This document shows, in pieces, positions 38,520 through 50,288 of a DNA stretch of 64,000 nt. The notes beneath the pieces were generated by a model. It was not told the DNA's origin. It did not search any database and saw only the letters and a list, made by a program, of their open reading frames with translations. The position numbers and the translations under genes are program-made. The number at the start of each line of letters is the position of its first letter. Positions within the stretch are counted from its first letter, which is position 1. The stretch lies in NCBI RefSeq assembly GCF_025526975.1, contig NW_026515687.1, positions 310,001-374,000 of the forward strand. The letters are read 5' to 3'. The stretch is from Fimicolochytrium jonesii (Eukaryota).

Positions 38520-40383
38520 TCAACGCCTCGGCTTCCCGCCCCCACCCCCGGCCGTCTTCTTCTTTCCCGCCGCAGCAGCGCCCTTCTTGGCCGCAGGCCC
38601 CTTTTTCTCATCCGCCTTCCGTTTTCCCAAACTACTGTTTGTGCTTGGATCTTTCGGGAGAACTTTGAAGAAATTATCGAGCCGCCCTTGTGTTTCTTGT
38701 TTCATCAGGCGGGTGAGCTTTTGCACGGCTGTGCGGACGCGTTCTTCGCTGGAGAGGTGGGCGAGAGGGGGCGTGAGTGAGTGGTGAGGAGGGAGGTGAG
38801 GGTTGATGGAAAGGGTACCTGAAGTTCTTTTCTGTGACCATGAAATCTACAATTGCTTGCTCATCGGGGACTTCCCATTTCAGCTGTTCATCGTGAGCAG
38901 AAAACAGATTTTGGTAAGCCGTCTCGTGAGTCAACGCAACCCATCGCCCCCAGGAACCCCAACTCACATCAATAGTAGCAGGATCAATCACGTCCGGCTT
39001 CTTGAACAGCTCCCTGGCGCGCTGATACGGCCAATCCTCCGGAATCGGGTATTTCTTCGGATCTAGTTTCTGCAAAACAGCCTCGAGCGATCCACATTCT
39101 TTCATAAGCGCGACGGCTCTGTGGGGCCCGATTCCGCGGATCGAGTCGCAGTAGTCGCACCCGAGGAGGATGCAGAGGTCTATGAACTGGTTGATGGATT
39201 CGTTTCATACAACGTCAGCATCCATGAACCCAGTTGTGATGTATACAGATAGGATTCGACGTACTTGATCCATCGTCATCTGCAGCCCCTCCAACGCCTT
39301 GTCGAGGTGTATCTCTGCAATCGGCATCTTGCGCTGTTCGCTGAACGTTAAGTGCCGTAACAGGATGGGTGACCCGAACGTGAGCGTGTCCATGTCCTCT
39401 GAACCGGCCGCGAAGACTTTGCCGGCTGCTGCTAGGGCCGCGCATTGGGATTCTGCTTCACATGGGGCCTACGAAAACAAGCAGGGCCAGATGTGAATTT
39501 TGCGCGGCAAATGAGAAGCAGTCGTAGCGGTGGGGCGACCTCACCTCAATGTACGGAATACCCATTAACCTCAACAATTTCTTGCATTCGTTGTTGTGTT
39601 CTTTCGTGACTTTTACGGTTCTTCGACTGAATTTGTCAAAGTTTTCCGTGTCACCTATAAAGATGACCAAACATTCAGAAAAATTCTAAACGACACCATC
39701 GTTGTGAAAATTCGTTCGTCAACCTACCGGCTTCCGTCGCCGCCTCTGCCTTTGCCTCTGCCTCCGTGCGTTTCTCCAGACGCTTCTTCAACTGATCCAT
39801 GAAGAGCAAAGATCGATCAGGCCCCTCTCCCCATTTCATAACCACACCTAGCCTGATGAGCACCCAATCTCCATCCCGCAAACCCCGCAACTTCCATCCC
39901 ACGCCTTTCTCGCAATGTGCTCCTCGCTGAGGCTCGCTAAGAAGTGCGGTGAGGGAATAATTGCGCCTCTGGCGCAATGTGGCTCGCTCCGCTCGCCGCT
40001 CGCCCTTACCTCATCAGCCTTCAAATCCGGCGGCTTCCCATCAAACACATAAACCGGCTTAATCCCATTCTCCACCATCCTTATCGTCCTATAAAAAATC
40101 CCCATCAAATGACTCGTCGTCTCCCCCGCCTCGTTCGTCAGCTGCATCCCGTCCTGCTGCCGCACCGCAATCAGGAACTGGTAGATGGACATGGACGCGT
40201 CGATGGCGACTTTGCGACCGAAATAGTTTTTGATTTCGTTTTCGCGGATGGCCGTGGGGGCATGGTCGCCTATTACTTTCGTTAGGCCTGCGTGGAGGAA
40301 GAAGAATGAGGTTATGTTGAAGGCAAGTTGGGTGAGCGGGAGGGACTTTTTTCCGGGGCTTGGGCCTTACCGCTAATACCCAT
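38520..40383 (-). CDS. FEN1: Flap endonuclease 1 (Rad27/FEN1), multi-exon
   Basis: 'MGISG', '[16 protein letters not shown]', '[10 protein letters not shown]', 'EDMDTLTFG', 'LLGCDYC', PIP box 'QGRLDNFF' and a basic tail. Confidence 0.97.
39792..40009 (-). repeat. FEN1 intron (218 nt) carrying the intronic repeat and an 8-bp hairpin
   Basis: The sense strand reads gtaagggcgagcggcgagcggagcgagccacattgcgccagaggcgcaat. Confidence 0.65.
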
Positions 40384-40908
40384 TTTGGCAGCAGTTGCGG
40401 AGAATAGACGGGTGGGTGTTGTTCTTGGAAGCGGAAGAAGAGCGAGTCGGAGTGGGAGGCGGAGGGAACAAAAGAGAGAGTTGGTGGCCGTGCCGAGTAG
40501 CATCAAGCGTCCTTATAGGGGGGGGAAATGGGGCCCGTGCTCAGATGGCGGAGGGGTGTTCAAGTCCAACAACGAACGCTCCGTCTTTGTGTGAAGTGCA
40601 TTCCTTGGGGCAGCGCTCGCAGCTCAGCTTGTGCGGCTCGCATCCGATACCGTCCCGCAAAAGTTCTACAACATCGTCCCCATCTACCACTCTCCCTCAC
40701 AAGGCAGCCGTAGACTGAGAGGCGGATCCAGGGGGCTGTTGTTTCCTTTTGTTGATACGGACGCTGCAAAGGGCTTCTCAACGTGCCGACTTTGCGCTAG
40801 CTACTGCAGATCGACTGCTTTCCCAGTGTATCCAGCAACCTAGGCCGTTCCAGCCAGGCCACATATAGAAAAACCCATCCCCTTCCGTTTCCTCCTCCTC
40901 CGTCCGCG

Positions 40909-41928
40909 ATGTCCATCCCACAACCACCTCCCTCCGCAGGGAACGAAGCCTCCAACCTCCCCTCAGACCCACCCACGCACCACCCACTAACCCGCTCCCA
41001 ATCCGAATTCCTTGCCTCCCACCGCTCCGGCCTCGCCTCCCTCTCCTCCCTCAATCACAACCTCCGGTCATCGCCGCCCCTCTCCCGGCGGTCCTCCCAT
41101 GCAAACAACAGACAAACATCCGACCGCGGCTCCGTCTCCGGCCGCGAAAGCATTGTATCAGCAGGCAGCGCTTTCGGGTCACGAGGGAATCTGGGCCTCG
41201 GGTTGGCGCTGGGGAGTAGCGTGCATCAGCCAATTTGGGCGACGCTGGCGAGGCAGATGAGTGCGGATGCTGCTTTGTATAGGGGCGTGGGGGGCAGGGG
41301 GTCCGGTGGGGATTTGAGGGCGGCTGTAGGAACGAGTCAGTACCAGGAAGTTGTCAGACCACCCACATCGGATAATGTACTGCGTGTCGAATCACCCAAG
41401 CAGGAGGAGGAGGAGGACAAGGAAGAATATCCCGACCCGGACGACGACGACCCTCGCGATAATAACCATATACCACTTACGGTCTCCGTCCCGACCCCGC
41501 CAAGGGTGCTGACCCGGTCGATGCTGGCATCGCAGTCGCAGTCGCAGGGAGAGATAAGTGAGCCGATGGATGAGGAACGGAGCGCGAGGGTGAAGGATTG
41601 GATCGGGGAGGTGCAGACGCTGACGGGGGTGGGTGTGCGTGGAGATGCGGATGCGGTGGCGGGTATTATTCCACGATCGGCTACCTCGAACGGAACGAGA
41701 TCGAAACAATTGCCACCACAGATACCAAAACCATCCACCCTCCCACCGCCACCACAATCGCCACAGCATGCCTCCGATCACGAACAATCCCGCCACCTCC
41801 TCCACGAAATTGACCAACTCCGCCGCGAAGTGCAGGCTGCTGAGGAGGATAGTCCGCTTTTGGGCGGGCCTAAACGGGTGAAGGGTGGGGGTTGGGCGTG
41901 GAAGAGGGTGTTTTGTGGGTGTTTTTGA
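40909..41928 (+). CDS. Hypothetical disordered protein (339 aa) with a short coiled-coil and Cys-containing C-terminus
   Basis: Single long ATG ORF ending 'WAWKRVFCGCF*'; possibly lipid-anchored. Confidence 0.65.
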   Translation: MSIPQPPPSAGNEASNLPSDPPTHHPLTRSQSEFLASHRSGLASLSSLNHNLRSSPPLSRRSSHANNRQTSDRGSVSGRESIVSAGSAFGSRGNLGLGLALGSSVHQPIWATLARQMSADAALYRGVGGRGSGGDLRAAVGTSQYQEVVRPPTSDNVLRVESPKQEEEEDKEEYPDPDDDDPRDNNHIPLTVSVPTPPRVLTRSMLASQSQSQGEISEPMDEERSARVKDWIGEVQTLTGVGVRGDADAVAGIIPRSATSNGTRSKQLPPQIPKPSTLPPPPQSPQHASDHEQSRHLLHEIDQLRREVQAAEEDSPLLGGPKRVKGGGWAWKRVFCGCF

Positions 41929-42967
41929 GGGCAGTGATTTAGGGTCCGAATGAGTGGGAGTTGTGAAGGATAAGGGACTGTGGGGAGTGATATATGCGGA
42001 TGTATGGCGGCGTAGGCTGGACAATGTTGGAGGAGGCGGGACGGTTGGGTGTTTTTCAGTCGTTTTTTTGGGACTTCTTTTGCGGGTTGGTTTTATTCTC
42101 TCTGTTGATGACGAGGACAGTTTCGGGCGTTCAGATGTCAGAAGGTGGACATGTACGTTGGTTGGGAGTGTATGTAACATCCGTATGGAAAAGCAGTCAG
42201 TACAATATACCTTAGGCAGTACACAAGTGCATACCACGCTGGCTATTTTCCCATCTGGCTGCCATGACACATTCAATGCCTGGACCAGACTCTCAAGCTG
42301 TGCGGGCCAGAGCTCTGCATATCAAGCGAGAGCGCTCAAACGGCTGCCGCACGCATCAAGTTTGAGCAATTCGACCTACAAACAGTTTGTGCAGGGTGGA
42401 GCACACTTCCTTTGCTGCTTCGTAAGTTTGGGCAGAACATGTTGTCTGATTTTATTTTGGGCACGCTGGGAGGGACTCATCAAGACCACCCAGCGGACCA
42501 TCAGAGCAGGCGAGAGTCCATTCATGGTCTATGGCACAGATCGTCTCAACTGATCTGTGGGTAAGTCGATCTGTGCTATGCTGCCATATCAACCCTGCTC
42601 CGATCGAAACAACAGGAACACCGAACAAGAACTGTTCTCGACAGGCAGAGGGAAGCCAGGCACGAATTCAGATGTCCTGAAAACGGAAGAGTATATATTT
42701 GGTTTCGCGCCATGGTGAGATCCCCTTCACATTCACCCCTATGAAGGGTGTGCAAAGACACAGCTACGTTCTCACACAAGAAGCTGTGGAAGGGAAGGTT
42801 GTGAACCTTTTGGGAGTGTTTTCCGCCGGCTGCAATTCGGTTTTGAGTACGGATTTGGGACTTCTGGTTTATTAGGTTCGTGGCTCAATGCATTTTCTGA
42901 ATATGTACAAGGTGTTGACTCTGAACGACAGAGCTTCGTTGGCTCAATGGTTGCGTACGGACATATA

Positions 42968-43376
42968 CCTGAGCCAAGTCGGTTCTCTGTCGTGTCCGAA
43001 ATAATATCTTTCACTAAACGCGTTCTTGCTGACATAACGCGACCCCACACAAAAGCATGGGGAGCATTTTACCAAGCATTCCACAAGCTCATATGCAACA
43101 TACAGTACGTACAGTCAACGGACAAAAAGCGCATCCCCCTGAAATCAATCAGCGACTGCCGCAGCGCTAAATTCACGTGAGTGACCGACTTTGATTTCAA
43201 TTAGAGGGGGATGCGCTTTTTGTCCGTTGACTGTACGTACTGTATGTTGCATATGAGCTTGTGGAATGCTTGGTAAAATGCTCCCCATGCCTTTGTGGGG
43301 GTCGCGTTATGTCAGCAAGAACGCGTTTGGCGAAAGATATTATTTCGGACACGACAGAGAACCGACTTGGCTCAGG
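42968..43376. mobile_element. Fold-back MITE, 409 bp, with ~180-bp terminal inverted repeats and TA flanks
   Basis: Termini CCTGAGCCAAGTCGG...CCGACTTGGCTCAGG. The arms are nearly perfect reverse complements around a ~40-bp spacer, with TATA on both sides. Confidence 0.9.
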
Positions 43377-43630
43377 TATATACAGTACACATCAACGGAA
43401 GGGGCAACCAAGTGCACCAAACGCTGTCCTTGCGTATGTGCACTCGCTGCCAAGTGAACAAATGTGAGATGAAAAAAAAAAACTGACAACATGAAAGAGG
43501 AAGCGTAATAGAATCCCTGCGAATCCCACCAACGTCGACTCCGCGAAAGCCCCCATCAATCCCACAAAGAACTCAGCCCTTCCAAACCCCCCAACCAAAT
43601 CAAAAAGGTCTCCCACCATCTCAAAATCGC

Positions 43631-46600
43631 TCAAAGAATCGTCCCAAACTTCCTCCCCCCAACCCCCATCGTCCCCGCACACCTCCCCGGCTCCTCAATC
43701 ACCTCCCTCGCCGTGCCCCCCATACTCTTCCTCACCAACATCTCCGCCATCCCCCCACGTCCGCCATCCCCAGCCTTCCCCTGTTTTTCCAGATCATCCA
43801 TCAACTTCATACTAATCTCCCCGCCGGCGACTTCCCGCATGACTTTTTCGAGCAGGGCTTTGCCGGTGGCGGAGGCGGAGAAGATGCTGGATTGGTGGGC
43901 GAGGATGGAGATGGAGCGGGCGGCGCGGGATTTGAGGGTGGCGGAGAGGGTTTGGGAGGTGGGGTCGTGTTGGGAGGTGGGCACGAGGGAGAGGGAAGGG
44001 GCTGTGCCGGTTCCGCCGAGGGAGGTGAAGCCGCGTTGCATGAGGGCGAGTTGGCGGGCGGCGATGAGGTTCAGGAGACCCTGTTGGGATTGTCAAAGGG
44101 GAGGAGGAAATTCACAACGTCAGTTTTTCATGAGGATTTGCCAGAACGCTGGATTGTAGGTATCAAGCAACCACGCGTCTCGCAAAGCCTTACCAATTGA
44201 CAAACACAATACCCAAAGAAAGGCGTATCCCTCCTCTTCCCCGGCGGCACCCTCCCCGCCATCTCCTCCAAAAGCAAACTCCCCTTCGCCGCATGATCCA
44301 GCGCCCTCCCAAAACTCTCACTCCCCTGCCACGCCGTCAACACCTCATCCAGCCTCGCCACCGCAAACAGATGCACCACATGCGGCGGCGGCTGCATCGT
44401 GCTCTTCCCCGCCCCTCCTGACGATCCAGCAGCGGCAATCTGCACGCCCATCGCCATCATGTTGTAATCCGGCCCGTGGAGTGTGGCACAGGCCGCGTGG
44501 TAGATTACGAGAGCGATGCCCCATTCGTAGGTCTCGCGCATCCACTGGTCCTCCCAGCACAGCCCGCCGCCGACGATCGGGTCCGCGGGGTCCTTGACCG
44601 CCGAATCGAGGATCTTGACCCACCCGGGCAATTTATGGTACCACATGTCCAGTTCCGCTTTATGCGCGTTGAAATCCCGCAGGACGTAATGCGTGTCCGT
44701 TTCCGGGGTGACCGCAAACGGGAGAACGTTGATGGTATTACAGTTCTGCCTGAACTTGGTCACGCGGTTGAATAAGGCTGTGAGGGCGCCGATGTACCCG
44801 TTGGGCCCGATGGACGAGTGGGCGAGGTCGGCGCCGAAGACGGCCGAGTAGAATTCGTCGAGGGTTTGCGTGCGCGGGATGGTGGGGGAGGTGGGCGTGA
44901 GGCCGTAGCGGGTGGCGTAGAAGAGCGAGTCGGGGCAGGGGAGGAGGAGCTCTTTGGAGTATTCGCTGTCGGAGATCATTTGAGGGCGTTTGGAGGCGGC
45001 GCTGCCAGAGGCGTCGTAGTTTCGGACCCACCACCTAGAAACAAACGTTCGTTAGGCGATTGCTCTCAATATCTCACTTCATCATGTAGTAACTGGAAGG
45101 TAAAAGGACATACCAAATCCTTCGACACTCCTCCGCCATAATCTGCTGCGGCGCCAACCCCCCAATCAACCCCTCTTTCGTAACATCATCCTCACCCAAA
45201 GCCGGCAACTCCTTATACAGCCCCAAATACCGCGCCATCGCCACACTCGTACCCAACCACATATAACTCGGCTTCCACAGCGAGTTCTCCACCGCAAACA
45301 ACGTCAAATGCAACAGGGTTTTCAGCACGTTGATGCTCGGGTTGTCGATAACGGGTAAGACGAGACGGCGTGCGCGTTCGTAGAATATATGTTCGACGAC
45401 CTCTTTGCGGCCTTCGTAGAGGGGGTGGTACCGAGCCGCACACGCCAGCATCGCAAACAGTACGGCGGGGTCGATTCCCGTCGACGGGGGTAAATGACCC
45501 GGTATGTGCGGTTGCTCCGGCGAAGGTGGCCGCGACGCGGCCTGGTAGAATGCGGCTTCGTGGATGATTGCGAGTGTGCAGGTTATTTTCTCAAAATACA
45601 GGGAGAGGATCTCGTTTAGGGTGAAGAGATCGGGCAGGGGTGGGAGGTCGTCGAAGATGGTTTGTGGGCGCGGGACGGAGTGTTCGGTGTAGGCGTGGAG
45701 TTGGCTGATGATTTTGTTTATGTGCGGTTGGGCTACGATTGTTGCGGGTTCCTTTGAGGGGAGAATGAATGTGTTAGTTTATTCCTCCACGATCGATGAG
45801 TTGGAGGAGCAAAGCAAAGGCTGGATGGTCGGATGGTTGAGCGAAAGCGAAGGTTGAATGGTCGAATGGTTGAACGATGAGGTTGGATCAGGGGAATCTT
45901 GCGCAATGTGGTGCTCGCTTCGCTCGCAAAAGATCTGACGCTGAGCGCCATGGTGTATCGAGCCTTTGGCGCAAGGAACTCGCCCCGCTGGCACTCGCTT
46001 CGCCCGCAAAGGCGTTCACTCTGGTCGACCTCGCTAAAGATCGGTCTCCCAGAGCGAACCAAGGGGGCTCGAGTGGTCACTCACCAAGTCAATCGTCGAA
46101 CGACCCGGCACATACTTCGCCCCACCCTGCTCAACAACAGCCCTAGCCCTCCCAGCCCGTGCATACCCGGTGTTCTCGGACCCCGCCTCACTACTCCACG
46201 CATAATCATCAGGACTGCGCACCCCCAAAGGCGAAATATCCGTCCCCGCCTCAAACCCCGACTCCGACGCCGACATCGACCCCCTCTGCATCTGCTGCGG
46301 CCACGCCCCCTGTTGGGCCGCACCACCGTCAAATCCCGTACTGATTCCGCTAGCATACGACACGGTGGCTTGTTCAGGCGAGATGTACAAATTGGTAGAC
46401 GACGAGCTGCTGCCCGTGACGTCAGCTGCGCCTCCGCCAAACATGCTGCTACCGTCGCCGGGGGGCACAGGTTCGAGACTGGGAGCGTAGTAGGTGTATT
46501 CGGCCTGTTGGATGCCGGAGGGGAGGGAGAGGGGGAAGTTGAGCTCGGTGGCTAGGCGGGAGGTTTGGGCGTCTAGTTCGTGTTGGAAGGAGGGTTGGGG

Positions 46601-46651
46601 GAAGTTGCGAGGGCGGTGTTGGTTGAGGGGTTGGAGGGAGTAGGGATGCAT
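43631..46651 (-). CDS. Fungal-specific transcription factor (Fungal_trans / middle homology domain) protein, multi-exon
   Basis: 'LFAMLACAARYHP', 'YMWLGTSVAMARYLGL', 'AEECRRIW' and 'YHAACATLH'. No Zn2Cys6 motif was seen. Both ends are approximate. Confidence 0.8.
45752..46084 (-). repeat. TF intron (333 nt) with two copies of the intronic repeat
   Basis: The sense strand has gcgggcgaagcgagtgccagcggggcgagttccttgcgccaaaggc and gcgagcgaagcgagcaccacattgcgc. Confidence 0.65.
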
Positions 46652-48516
46652 ATTGTTGTTTTTTATATATGGGATTGGTGAGGATTGGGGCCGGTTGGTT
46701 GAGCCTTGCGGTGGCACTGGGACAAGGAGCGTTCCAAATACTTTCGAACGACTGAGAGCCTCGATCGAAGTGTGACAACTGCTAGATTTCTAGGAACACT
46801 TGCTGCTGAAGAGAAGTGGACAGTTGGAGAAGCCCACAGAGGTGGCCTGGTTGTTTATATAATCTGGAAGACGTAAACTTGACCGATCTCTCTGAGTTGG
46901 TTGGATGGTTCTCTTTCCGAGTTGTTCAAGTTGTGAAGGTGGGAGGCCTGAGGGAACCGTGGGACAGTGGGACGTGATTATTGTTGACCAGCGCGTCCTA
47001 TTATAATTCTCGCCCTCCGCTGCTCCGTTTCGCCCACAGCCAGGGATTGGGCGAGCTGGGGAGCCTCCCCATGCCAGCCATGCATGCATGCCCTAATGAC
47101 ACTTGCAGATGGCTCCGTCAAGCCAAGCCCATGATGCGCATCAGAATATCCATATGCCATATGCATTCACCGAGCATCTACCCCTGCAAGATAGCGGTCC
47201 CGCCATAATCTTCTCATCGCACCTCCGGATGGGATGACAAACATACCTGCCCGGCTGACTGAAAGCATCCCTGAAACTACCTTCCTGAGATATCCATCCA
47301 TCGCTTATGAGGCACTATCTGGGACTAGCATGCGTACTCATGCATACCCAGGAAATGGACTGCATTTCAAAGCCAATGTCTCCCGCGATGATCCTCATAA
47401 CCGGGATCCATCCCTTTATTGTCAGGGCCCTCCGCATTTTCCAGGCCTCGAAATGTTATTCGGCATCTTAATCCTCCGCTCGCCGATTTGGTCCCTTTCG
47501 GCATCCGCTTCCGATTCGACATTTTAGGAAGCCAGAACGAGCCCCATCAAAAAGACGGCAGACATAACTGGCTTTTCCGCAGTGATCGTCAAGCGAGCTG
47601 GTAGCTTTCATAACGACTTTCGGGCTCTTAGCCGGCGAGACACAGCCCACCTCCTTGTCATCATGCGCTCAAAACCGGGCAAGTTGACGACGCAAGGGAA
47701 GAAATCCCGGTGACGCTCATCACTCGGAACGTAGACGATCGCTTTCACAAGCGGGTTGTAGAGAAGGTCATTCACGTGCATGGCGACATCCGTTAATGAT
47801 AAACATGCGGGGACGTTCTGAAGCGATGCGGACGTTACCTGTGATGACCATCATCTTCGGGGGCTATATCATTTTGACATCGGACTTGAGGAGCATGTCT
47901 GAGCAGCGGGATGGCGGTGTAGTTGTCTCGCGTTGATTGCAGCTGCAGGGACACGGGCAAATCTTCCTCGCCGTTACCTCTCCTCATGCTCTCAGCATTT
48001 TCTCAACGGTGCTGGATCAGCCAAGTTACAATGGTCCGCCACGATGTGGAAACCAAAAAATGCGTAATTCCGACGAGAGCTATGAATGTTGCTGTGCGTC
48101 TCTATGTGTATGGGTGCGCCGAGTGAGTATTACCTTCACAAAAGAGACCGCGGAGGGAAGAAGATCGACCATACGACAAAGTTTCACAGCGTGCAAGCCT
48201 CCTCACCACCCAATCAAGATGTAGCTTTCAGGCAGTCCGCTTAGAAGTCACATTCATTCAAAGATCGCAATACTGTGGTCGATGCCCACTGACAACATGA
48301 ACGCACTACGTGGAGAATAATATTGGGGTCATGATACGGCGAGATGATTCTATATTCATTGAAGTTATAACATTCGGTGTTGAGACATCAAAATTTTTCA
48401 CCGTCTATCAATGCTTTCCCTAGCAGGGAGTGCTTCACTCTCTCTGATCAGCGCCGTCCCCACATGCGAACAGCCCAAACACTCCATGTGACGGCGGGGT
48501 AACCTCTCCGCTTTGG

Positions 48517-49296
48517 TCACAGGTGCATTTGCATGCCACGTCGTTGCAGGACCGCTCTTGCTTTTCCTTCTCCAGGTTCTTCATCGCTCGTTGGCCGCAT
48601 GAAGATGCCTCTGCAAGCCACGCTGCATATCCTTGTATCCCGGCCGGGAAGCGTGTGATCGAGGACTGAGTTCTCCCTTTTGTAGTGATCGACCGTCAAT
48701 TGAAAATCATTGATGCGTCTTTGCAGTTTGTTTTGCTCGCCCATGTGTGACTTATGCTGGGAGCAAGTCAGCTCCCGGGCGCGTTCCACGTTCAACTCCA
48801 ACTTTCCAGCTCCGCGGTGAGCTCTGCGATCTCATCCCAGATCTCAACCTCTCGGTTCGCGATCTCAACCTGTCGGGTCAATTCCACCTCTTTCAGCTTA
48901 GCGGTGAGGTGACGGCGCGCTGCGGTATCGGCTTCTGTTTTACAATTTCATCGTGTCTCGCTCCTCGGTTGCTGAGGTTGCCTTCGCCGTGGCGGAGTCC
49001 CGTTGGGCGGTAATATTGTCCTTTTCCTGGTTTGCCGAAGTTGCGAGGGATTGCTCTACTTGGTTCTCCAGTTTCAGCCTTTGGAACATCGATGGTTCGT
49101 CAGCTACGAGCGCCAAGGTGTTCACCAACCATGCGGGACCGGCTGTGGCTGCAAAGTGTGCAAACCGGGACAGAGTGTTCTTCCAACGAGGCTCCCCTGT
49201 ACGAGCCAATCGCGAATACCTAGATTGGACTTTCCCTGACGAACTTGAACGTTGTGCTATTCGACCACATGCTGCTTTGACGCTGCACCGAGACAA
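48517..49296 (-). pseudogene. Degenerate coiled-coil protein gene fragments
   Basis: Heptad-like segments in shifting frames with stops: 'RLKLENQVEQ', 'AEKVELTRQVEIANREVE', 'NKLQRRINDFQL'. Confidence 0.4.
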
Positions 49297-50288
49297 TCAG
49301 AGACATCAGAGAGATCGCAGAGACCATGGACGAACGCTGCAGAGCAACGCAGGTTAACAACTTGCCTTCGCCTAAGCGAAAGCCTAGGAAGGCCCGGGAG
49401 TGTCAGATCATGTGTCAAGTAGGATATGATATCAACATAGCAACATCAGTAGAAATCCCGGGAGGGTCTCGGATGACCTCTACTAGCCTGCGATGACATA
49501 TTACAGCCGATACTCAATTGTTCGAGCTATAACGCTATAGAGCCACGGAAATCCCTCTTTCAGATCGATGATTTCAGCAGTGCAAGGCTTCCGGTTCGGT
49601 ATCATTCTACCAAGACATCGCTTCCTAACGTCATGCTACGATACTGGAGTGAGACGCAAGACTCCGTTTGCTTCCAGCTCTGCGTACGTAGGGATCGTCT
49701 TGCCGTATGCGTTTGCAGCGCTTTGCTCGGTTCATTCTGTGTCTGGGCGACTTGCGTTAGTTTTTGCCCTGAGTAAGATAGCAAACCGTCTTCACGACGG
49801 GCATCTGACTGCCGAGGGAAGGGGGGAGCGTCCTAAGATCAGTCCTCGTTGTACGCGAAAATGTACAGTGAATCCATCGTGGTCGTGACGCTCCTGGTTG
49901 GTACCCGGCAGCCGTGGTTGAGGAGGTACGCTACAACGTCGAATGGCTTCTCGACAGCGTCATAGAGGATGCCATCGCTCTCACCTGCTGAATTGGAGGC
50001 TTGAATGGCAAGATCCTCCCGGATCGACTACTGAGTGCATGTGCGATGCGCGATGTGACTGCTCTTTTTGAGAGTTTGTGCGGATGATGCTTTTCACCGC
50101 TGGCCCCGTGGGTGCCCTTGTTTTTTTAATGCGTGCCCTTGTACAAACCATACTCTCAAACCCTGCAATAACTGCAAAGAATGTTCGATCGGGGGGAAGG
50201 TCCAAGACACGGTTGCGGACAAAACACTTGTCTTAGAGGGAGTGCACAATTGTTCCGAAACTGCTCTACATTTTCCGTGGCCACGGGG

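Noticed and set aside
42933..42965. tRNA-like 5' end GCTTCGTTGGCTCAATGG next to the MITE
   Set aside because: There is no T-loop/B-box or acceptor-stem partner on either side of the MITE.
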